A stretch of DNA of 64,000 nucleotides from Octopus vulgaris. Its lineage: Eukaryota. The translations under genes were made by a program, and so were the position numbers. Every line of letters starts with the position of its first letter. Within the stretch, counting starts at the first letter, position 1. Under the pieces are notes generated by a model. That model was not told where the DNA came from, ran no database searches, and worked only from the letters and a program-made list of their open reading frames with translations. Shown here piece by piece: positions 54,201 to 64,000 of this stretch. The stretch lies in contig OX597822.1 of assembly GCA_951406725.2 (NCBI GenBank), positions 92,380,001-92,444,000 of the forward strand, in the 5' to 3' direction.

Positions 54201-56805
54201 ATGTGGTCCATAAATGATGATATATAAATGCAGTTACTGTCCTATAACTATTAGAAGTCTCATCTGAAATCCTAACATTCTAATCTACATGACTTCAACA
54301 TGTAGCTCCTTAAAAACTTCAAGGACTGTTAACAAGCAAAAGACTCACAATGATCACCTTTCTTGTATAATGTTTTCAGAAAACAACTAGCTTCCTTAAA
54401 ATCTCTCAGACAACATTATATAACTAACATTGAGTCTGAATATGCCACAAAAACAGAATTGTAACCAAAATTCAAACAATTAAGCACATTTTTTGAGATG
54501 AAAGATTCTTTTTCTACTATTTGATCTTACTGGCTTTGGTCACTGTTTAATCAAGGGATTTAGGTGATTATATAAATCTGCAGTACTTTACACATAAAGA
54601 AGAAAAAAAAGCAAAATTAACCTGGGTGGAATTTGAACTCATAGCATAGACAACATAACCAAATACTCTACGGTGTATTACCTGCTACTCTATCAGTTCT
54701 GCCAATCCACTACGATATCTAAACAAACACTACATAACTGGCTTGAACTTCAATAATAATCAAGAACTTATTACCCTTAATTTAGAAACAAAATTTCTTG
54801 TTTGAATCCAGTCTCTATTTACTCATTGAAAATATGATACCTACTGATCATCCGGGATCAGAGTGATTAAAGCATAGCATAGATATAAATATTGTAAATA
54901 TGTGGTCAATAGTTCAAATAACTCTGATGTTATCAACACCAAACATATCTCAGATCAATACAGATTTAATCAAACAACTGCAAGCTTTGCTTTCTATCTC
55001 AAGAAAGGAAGTGTGATATGATAAAAGTAGATAAATTGTCTGACATAATTTTTTATATTAGAAACATATCCTAGAAACACAAGGAGGCTGTTTTGCAAAG
55101 TACAAGATAAATTATAAACTGATAAGTGAGATAATTTTCATCTATAGCTAGCATAATTAGTAAAAGTAAAACAATTTCTTGCAACCATTAACCAACAATT
55201 TGTTAGAATTTATTCATTCCCAGGAATGTTTAAGTTTCAAGATTGAAACTGAATTACAATTATCCATTTTTAGTAAATATATAATAATTAAGCACTTGAG
55301 AAAACTTTATTGGGGGTGTGGTGATTTAACAACTACACTAAAATATACTTTTATCAAAACAGTTTCCATCATCAATTTGAAATTTTGTCCCTTTTTTTTA
55401 ACTACTAGAAATCTCTTTGGAATTAAAAAGATCATTCTACTTCCACACATCTTGAATGAATCACAAGCCAGTAGTAATTGTAACAATTACCTGGATTTAC
55501 CTGAGAGATTGTATGTACTGTAATTTCAGTGACATTAACATAGAAAATTGACTTTCACAAAAAAATAAATATGTAATGTAAATACCACAACAAATATACG
55601 TGATATGTGATTTGTAGAACAGTGAAGAATATTTAAAATTTGAACAGAAACTAACACCTCCCACCTTTTAATTCTAAACAGTTTAAATAGCATCTCTCGA
55701 AACAACTATCCATCTTCAAAAGGTAAGAAATAGAACAAAATATTACTCCTAGAGAGAGATAGTGTGTGTTTGTGTGTATGTGTGTGTGTGTGTTTTAATG
55801 CAAAATTTTCCACCAAGTATACCATTTATAGGCTGCAAGTGTGATATGTCTTTTTGAAGCAACTGAAGAATATCAGGGAGTTCAGAAAACTTTAGTGCTT
55901 TTTAATGCACTGCACCAGTGCATATGTATTCTTTTGTGATAAAATGCAATGTATACATCCATCTCTGTTTTAAAAAAAATTTAATATATATTTATATAAA
56001 CTGGTATTCCTTAACACTTTTACAGCCTTAGTGTGATGTGAATCAAAACAAGTCAAAAATCACTGGCTTGGGTATGGTTAAAATTTTGCTGAAGCACTGC
56101 ATAGCATTTAGAAATTCATCTATGATGGATCTCCATTATTCAACAATAAGGATTCAGTTATTTGATTATCTGAATTAACATGAAAGTGGCTGAACTTTCC
56201 ACAGGTATATTACTCTTAATGTAAGTCTCAGGCAGACTCAGCATGATAGTGTGTGACAAAGTTGTACCTTTTGAATTAGAAGCATAATCCACCCAACAGA
56301 CTACAGTTCAGTCTCCATCTCAGTCTCCCTAATTTACATCTAATTTTAACCATATGGTGTGAGTTGACTCAAGGTTATAGAAAATTACATTTGCCTAAGA
56401 TGGTACACAGAGGAATTGAACCCAGGGCTTGTAGTTGCAAAGCAAACTTCTTAACTAATCAGCAATGCTGCGTTTAGAGAAATTAATCTATCTTGCTCTA
56501 CTAAATACAGAATTTTCAGCAACAGATAGAACAAAAAATTACAATCAAGAATAATTTTAAATACAAACTAGTAAATGAGTAAAATACAAACCAGATTATA
56601 ATAGAAAAAGTTTTCTTCTATGAGAGTAGTCTTACCTGTGCTTTATATTTGCTTTAATTAATACACATGAGAAATAAATTAATGAATGATGTTAATAAAA
56701 CTAGATTGGTTAGGGGATGGAAAATATAGATGAATAACTAACTAACAAAAAGTTCGATGGGGGGGTAATTTTCTTTCCATTTGTTTTCAGCTAACTCTCT
56801 TTCTT

Positions 56806-56847
<42 letters not shown>

Positions 56848-57228
56848 TGAGATCAACACATTACATAAACATCAATATTAAAAACAATGATGGTAGTCTA
56901 AGAGGGTAAAATGCTCAGAACAATGACAAGTGAGATGATACTGAAATGTTAACACTATCACTACTTAGAACCAAATATTGATAAATGAAAAATAAGTATT
57001 GATAAAAAAAAACTTATCAGATACTGCATTAATAACATCTCTTACATATGCATTTTTTTAAAAAATAATAAGGAAACAGTAACAACAGTTAGTTCCAATT
57101 CAGTGAATAATCTTAAATAATTATTATCATTATTATTATTATTATTTTTTAACATCCTCATTTTTAAAACAATTTTCCCCCCCTTTATTTCCTCACATCC
57201 ATTTTACCAAGTTTTCCCAAAAGCTTAC

Positions 57229-59837
57229 CTGTTCATTAGTTTCTGGATGTGTTCCAGATGGCTTATCTTGCTTTTTGCATGGTTTTCTGTCTTTTTTAGA
57301 TGCTGGCTCTGAATGTTTTGTAGTATTAGGATTAGTAACATTGATGATGGGGGGTGGAGGAGAAAGCAAGGAAGGAGGTGGAGTGGGAAGAGGAGGGGGA
57401 GGAGGTGGCTGAGGAGTAGTGATAGAAGAAAAAGTTTGTTTATTTTTCAAGGCAGGTGTTTGGTTGGAATGCTGGTCAGTATAAGCAGAGCAATCCAAGC
57501 TGTCGTTATTCCTGACACAGGTTGACTGCCATATGCCCTTACCAAGAATACTGAAGTTGCTGGTTCCAGCCAGTCCCATACAAGCGTTTAAAGTATCTGT
57601 ATTCAAAGAAGTAGGAAGCAGTGGCTCAGCAACAATTGCTGAACTCGATTTCACATATTTAGTCAAGTTACTGCTATTCAAAGAGGTGGTAGTGTTACTA
57701 CAAGGGAAACTTGTACCAATAGTATTCCAAGTAGATGCTGTCGTCGTAGTGCTGTAAGAGTTCACTTCAGGGGCATAATGAAGGTTGTTATTACTATCAT
57801 TGGGACTAGATGTGCAGTTTGAAGAAGGAGTGAACACATGGGGATTTGAAAAGTCTGACTGAAAATATGACTGAGCATTGGCATGACTGGATCTTACAAC
57901 TACAGGCTGTGAAGGAGAACTGATTGGAGAACCCTGCAAATTTTTATTATCTGGAGAAGTTGCAGATTTTGTATTTTTTACCATTTGTACAGACAAGCTA
58001 CCCACAACTTTATTTATGTGGTTATGATTCATTAGAGACTCTGAGGAGTTGGGGACAGAATTAGTAGGGAGTGTTTTCATAATGTTATGTGGGGACTTTA
58101 AACGAGTGCTTGATTGAATTTGTTGTAAAACAGGTTGAATTTGGTGTACTCCTTGTAAAACAAATTGGGTTTGACCAACTGGAGTCTCTGAACTACTCTG
58201 AATCGAAGATGGAGAAACAATCCCATTATCATCTTTCTTACAAGAATTTCCTTGGGCAACAGAATTTTCAGAATTTTTGTTTATCTGACAAGACTGAAAA
58301 CCAGTGGATGGAATCGAGCCACACACAGACATTGGTGAACTGACTACAACTGTTTTAGCTGAGCCAGCTTTTGAATTTGAATTCAGATAAGGTAAATTAT
58401 TATATGTTTGCAAGGGATTACATGAAGAGGAGACACTCGGACATGGCTTGGTGTAATTGTTGTTGTTTGGTCTTTTCTGTCCACTAACATATTTGGCAAG
58501 GGTTGTTGATACTGACAGTTCTCCAGCTGATGATAAGGGCAATGGCAAGGCAATGTCTTTCTTACCCATCCCTTGTGGTGCTACATTATTTGCAGCAGCA
58601 GCTGCTTTGCGTGAATTTTGAGCCATTAGTTCAGTTTCAGCTTTCAAAACACTTGCAATTAGAGCATCAGTCACAATGCTTGGTGTACCTGGCTCTTTAG
58701 ATGTCTTATCTTTGTTCTTTCGCTGATTTCTCTCTTTCTTTTGTTTACCATATGATGCATTAGAATTCATAGGAGAATTCACTGCAACTGGTGCTCTATG
58801 ACAAAGTTTCTTTCCAGGCAATGGAGCATATTGACAAGATTGTATATTCCTTTGTACATGGCTAATTGGTGCCCGTATAAAGCCAGGTTGATAAGAAGAT
58901 GAGTTACACATATTTCCTGTCATAGGATTGTTGTTGTTGTTGTTGGCAGGAGATAACTGCATATAAGTGTGTTTGTTATTTCTATCTTTAACAGAGCAAC
59001 TTTGAGGGGACATCATAGCGCAATCAGTCTGCATGTTACCATGTGAATTAGGGTCATTCCCAGTAACAATGGCAGTATTCGATCCTGGTTTTTTCTGCAG
59101 TGTCACTGAATTAGTATCAGAAACTTCTGCTTTCAGCATAGGCATATGTACAGAATTCTGATGCGAATTTCCAGATCCAATTGTAGACATTTGTTCTGCA
59201 GAAGACATCTCATGAGATTGTGGTAATAAAAGTGGCATCTTTTTACTTGAATACATACAACATGATGAAGACTTAACTGAAATGTCGTTGGTATTTACAG
59301 TTGACTCATTCCCCACAGTTGAAACATGTCCATCTTGGCTTCTATTATGTGAAGAGATCAATTCTCCTTTATTAATTGAAGCTTGTTTAGAGGATTCAGG
59401 TGCATTGTGAAGAATATCATGGGCCAATTTAATCAGGTCTTGTCCTGAATCAGTAAAACTAGGATTTGAATAAAGTTTACTTGAAGAGACTTGCTGTAAT
59501 TGTTCATTAGTAGCAGAAGACTGCTGCGACATATCAGAATACTGTACAGTATGTTGAGCCTGCTGCAGCTGTTCCTGACATGCATCTTTTGGTTGTTGTT
59601 GATGATGATGATGGTGATGATGGTGGTGATTGTTACTGTTGTTGTTCTTGCCATTATATTGGTGATGCTGGTGAGGATGATATTGCTGCAGTTGCTGATG
59701 CAAGTGAGGATGCAGCTGTTCTTGTTGTTGTTCTGGGACTTGATGATCTTGCTGCTGTTGGTAGTGTTGTAATTGCTGATTCTCCTGAGTTTGTTGCTGC
59801 TGCAGAGGGGGATATTGTTGCTGTTGAGGATACTGGT

Positions 59838-59869
<32 letters not shown>

Positions 59870-61186
59870 GAATAAGAATACTGCTGCTGTGAAAGAGGAG
59901 GGGAGTTCAGTTGTTGCTGTGGTGATTCTTGAGGCTGTTCCACCAAACTGCCGGCACAGCTCTCATCTGAACACATGCAGCAACATGTCATATGTGATGA
60001 GTTACATTCCTCAGACATACAACCATCTTGCATGCCCTTACCATCTGAGTAAAAGCCAGCTTCATTACCATTTGAGGTATGATCTGCTGTAAAACCACAG
60101 CATGATTCATGATTGCCATTGGTGTTAGCAAGTGGACTGGATCTTTTCTGTTTATCTGTTAAAGACTGACTGTTGGCATTCATTGGATGTGGTAGGTGAA
60201 GATTGTTGTTCAGCTGCCCACAGTTTGAATTGGCTTGGCAAGGTGGAGCAGGACTACTGGAACAACTATAATAAGAACCATTCGTTCTAGATGGCTGAAA
60301 ATGTCCTGAACAGCACTCTTGTTTCAATTTTTTATGCAAGGGTTCATCATGATTTTCAAATGAAGAATTTTCATTTTGAACCATATTATTTGGAATGCAA
60401 CCTTCAGCTCCAGGTTTGAAGCCATATATATTTTGATTTGAGGACATTCCTTTCATAGCAAGATTGGTATCCATTAATTCTTTCTTCACTTTTTTTACCT
60501 TCTTCTTCATCTTTGTGTTGGAATCTGCATTGAGTGGAGTGAATTTAGACAAACCATCATATGAATCTGAGTGAGAAACTTTATCTGTTATTTCACCATT
60601 TTCTCTGAAATGCTGTGCAGATGTTTCTTTATTCACCAGCAAACCAGAACTATGTGTCATGGCTCCATATGCCTGAGTGTGAGGTGACATATAGTTGTGA
60701 GATGGTGAAGTGTCATTATGATAATTATTTGGCTGCATACAAGAATAAGATTGTGCAGCACAACATGAAACAGGACAACTATAACAACAGCTAGAATTAT
60801 TAGGTGACAGACAACCATTTCTGTTAGATTTCAGTAAACCATCATTCATTACAGACTCCATTTGATTTTTCACTATTGTTTTCACAGTTTCATCTATTTC
60901 TAGGTCTTCTTCAGTTTTCTTCTTACGTTTTTTCCGTTTTTTTAGTAAACAAGTATCATTAACTGATAACTCATGTTCTATTTTGAGACCGACTGGCTCC
61001 TCAGCAGTCTCTGACATAGCTTGTCGAATCTCTTCTTCAGTTATATCCTTCCAAGGACCATCTTTATCTTTTTTCATGCCAGGAGGGCGACCACGCTTTT
61101 TCATGTTTTCCAGTTTAGTGACTGGATGTCTTTTTGTGGAGACAGTTCCAGAACTATTGGCTTCAAAAGCATTTCGTTTGTCACCA
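57229..61186 (-). CDS. KDM4: KDM4 giant internal exon (3958 nt, about 1320 aa low-complexity linker)
   Basis: Acceptor tctcttgtttttag| and donor CAG|gtaagc. Phase 2 start joins the previous exon (AG+T=Ser) in frame with the 1303-aa ORF 57193..61104. Contains KKRGRPP, KKRKKRKKK, polyQ/H/N/P tracts. Confidence 0.9.
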
Positions 61187-61589
61187 CTAAAAACAAGAGA
61201 AAAAATATAATACTAAAAAGAAACAATTTAAAAAAAAAATTTGTGATGCAAATAACATTTCTAAAAACAGAAAGTTATTTTACAGTTAGAAAAGAAGGGT
61301 GAAAAAAACTGATGTCTGGAAAACATTATATATCATGGAAGGAAGAGTAGAGGATAGTAGATCAAGAGGCAAGCAAAGAAATCAATATCCTGAGATGGTT
61401 GGACTCACTCTTAATTGAGAAGACTTTCATTGTAGTGTCATCAATGTGCTGCAGGTGTGCGATACACGATGATAACAACAATGATTGTGCATAGAATTTC
61501 AACATTACCACAACTCATTCAAAAATTCAGTTCAAAGGACATTCACATATTTTCACACCAATTTAATATCACTTGCATACCAACCCAAC

Positions 61590-62800
61590 AAGACAACATA
61601 AACTAGACTAAATAGGATATATCAACAACATTAAACATAATGGTCATAATACACCAAGTACACTGCCAACTACAATGGACACAATATACAAACTAGACCC
61701 TACATAAAATACCAACTACACTGGACATAATAGGTCAAATACACTGGATATAATATACTAACTAGAGTGAACATAAGGTACAAAATTCACTGGACATAAA
61801 ATACTAACTAGACAATACATAAAATACTGACTAGACTTAACATAATATAACAACCTGACTCAACGTAATAAACCAACTAGACTGGACACAATATACCAAT
61901 TAGATGGGACAAAATATACCAACTAGACAGGACAAAATATATTAACTACACTGGATATATTATACCAAATAGAGTCAACATAAGATAACTACACTGGATA
62001 TAATATACCAACTACACTAGACATAATATACCAAGTAGACTGAACACAATACATTAACTACACTGGACATAATATACTAACTACTTGAAACAGAATAAAC
62101 ACCAACTAGACTGGATATAATATACCCACTAGACCGAATAAAACATTCCGACAAGACTGAACATAACATTCCAACAAGAGAGGACATAACATACCAATTA
62201 GAGTGGATGTAAAATACCAACAAGACTGGACATAAGATGCCAACTGGACTGGACATAATATACAAACTAGAGTGGACATAATATACCAACTAGGCTGAAC
62301 ATAACATACCAACTGAACTGGACATAATATACCAACTAGACTGGACATTATGTATCAACTAGATTAGATATAACAAACCAACTAGATTGGACATTATGTA
62401 TCAACTAGATTAGATATAACATACCAACTAGACTGGACATTATGTATCAACTAGATTAGATATAACATACCAACTAGATTGGACATTATGTATCAACTAG
62501 ATTAGATATAACATACCAACTAGATTGGAGATAATATACACAGACTGGACCTGATATACAACTAGACTGTACATAAGAACCAACTAGACTGAACATAATA
62601 TACCAACTACACTGGACATAATATACCAACTAGGCTGAACATAATATGCTAACTAGACCAAACATATCAATTACACTGGACATAGTATACCAAGTAGGCT
62701 GGACATAATATACCAACTAAACTGGACTTAACTAAACGGGGTATAACATACCAACTAAACTGAACATAATATACAAACAATACTAATTATACCAACTAAC
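61590..62800. repeat. 23-bp minisatellite (about 50 diverged units; consensus caactagactggacataatatac)
   Basis: caact recurs every 23 bp (62333, 62356, 62379, 62402, 62425, 62448, 62471, 62494, 62517). Confidence 0.93.
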
Positions 62801-62946
62801 ACCATGTATCAATGAAACTAAATTTATTTTACTGATTTGATTAGGGAGCAACAAAAAAAATATATGTAAGTGATAAGCTATTTAAAAAAACAATTTGAAA
62901 AAAAGGAGGCAAAAAAGTATTCAAGAGAAATTTGTAACTAACTAAC

Positions 62947-63092
62947 CTTTGTCTAGAATGAGACACTCTACTATGATCTTCAGGGTGAGGACCAATATCT
63001 TTCCCCATTTTCCATAATTCATAACGTTCTGGTTGGAAACGCCGAACAAAAGTATCCATGCTAATTTTCACTCCATCTTTACGGCATGTACA
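62947..63092 (-). CDS. KDM4: KDM4/JMJD2 histone demethylase, coding exon at the C-terminal end of the JmjC region (upstream exons outside the window)
   Basis: Acceptor ctttacag| and donor |gttagt. Translates [32 protein letters not shown]..., matching the KDM4 Zn-binding C-x-C motif and the KISMDxFVRxFQPERY segment. 146 nt, phase 0 to 2. Confidence 0.95.
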
Positions 63093-63510
63093 CTGTAAAG
63101 AATAAAATTATATAAAGCTGATGGAACCATTTGGGGAAGAAAAAAAAAGGATTATTATCAATATAGAAGTATATTACACATGATAAAGCTATATTTTCAA
63201 AAACTACAGAATTGTGAAAACAAGATTACGAAAATTTGGAGAATATGTTGCTTTTATTTTAGCCATTTTTAAAGAATATCTTGAAAATATCTAAAATTTT
63301 GTAACTATGTATAGAGGGAAGGTTTCTATCAATTAATTTACACTTCTAATTAAACACTATCTTATTAATATTTCCAAATGTTTGATAATCTAAATCCCCC
63401 ATCTCTCTTTCTGCTGCCTGCCTGAATGCATATCCTGTCCCACTATTGCTAGCATGGGAAAAAGAACACTAAATGAACAAACATACCTACATATACACAA
63501 CATATATATA

Positions 63511-63651
63511 TCATCATCGTCGTTGTTTAACGTCCGTTCTCCATGCTAGCATGGGTTGGACGGTTCGACCGGGGTTCTGGGAAGCCAGAAGGCTGCACCA
63601 GGCTCCAGTCTAATCTGGCAATGTTTCTACAGCTGGATGCCCTTCCTAACG

Positions 63652-63655
<4 letters not shown>
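63511..63655 (-). mobile_element. Short RTE-3'-end element, identical to 31501-31645 apart from the tail
   Basis: Direct comparison; inserted in (AT)n. Confidence 0.9.
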
Positions 63656-63700
<45 letters not shown>

Positions 63701-64000
63701 GTATAGAAGAATAAGATATAATCTAGAACCAATACTGCTTATATATATAAAACAAAAATCAAAGTGGATGACAGATTATCGTAGGTCAAGTTCCTTTATC
63801 ATTGGAACACAAAATACATAAAAAGTTCATTGAGATGTTAGGTTTCAAGAGCTCCAATATTACAATCCAAAGAAAAGCAGTATTACATAACCTTACGATC
63901 GTTTCGAGGAATGTGTTTGTATTGGGCAAGTTTTCCAGCCGATACGAATAGTCATATTTCTCTCATCAGTGGCACAAATAAATCGATTAAAATAGTTGAA

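Noticed and set aside
57313-60092. Plus-strand ORFs antisense to the giant exon
   Set aside because: These are shadow frames of low-complexity coding sequence (CAA/CAT repeats).
57193-61104. 1303-aa ORF as a standalone intronless gene
   Set aside because: The frame is open upstream of the ATG up to a good acceptor at 61186 that joins the JmjC-end exon in phase, and a consensus donor lies at 57229; it is an internal KDM4 exon.
61590-62800. CRISPR-like periodic array
   Set aside because: The units are contiguous 23-mers with no unique spacers, there are no cas genes, and the context is a eukaryotic intron; it is a minisatellite.
63890-64000. Next upstream KDM4 (JmjC) exon at the window edge
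   Set aside because: The minus strand does not give the expected NCAESTNFA..RW..YGK sequence; the exon must lie outside the window.

Overview
Eukaryotic, AT-rich, repeat-dense genomic DNA. The SINE, RTE and microsatellite landscape strongly resembles an octopus (coleoid cephalopod) genome; this is an inference from repeat types. The window holds the 3' part of one gene on the minus strand, a KDM4/JMJD2-family histone lysine demethylase. I traced 12 coding exons by hand with GT-AG boundaries and consistent phases (63092 down to the TAA at 9551-9553; 5676 nt, 1891 aa). They run from the C-terminal end of the JmjC region, through a giant 3958-nt exon encoding about 1320 aa of low-complexity sequence, to PHD-zinc knuckle-PHD (PZP) and double Tudor domains. 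The JmjN/JmjC exons lie beyond the right edge. The introns contain tRNA-derived SINE chains, RTE, R4/Dong-like and CR1/Jockey-like LINE remnants, a mariner remnant, Penelope-like remnants (GIY-YIG fragment, palindromes, hammerhead-ribozyme-like cores) and a 23-bp minisatellite. The most notable observations are the giant exon, candidate truncating isoforms (read-through stop plus AATAAA, and a stop-containing cryptic exon whose acceptor sits in a hairpin), an intronic sense-strand hammerhead-like fold, and two identical short retroelement copies 32 kb apart. No prokaryotic system or CRISPR array is present. Repeat boundaries are approximate.
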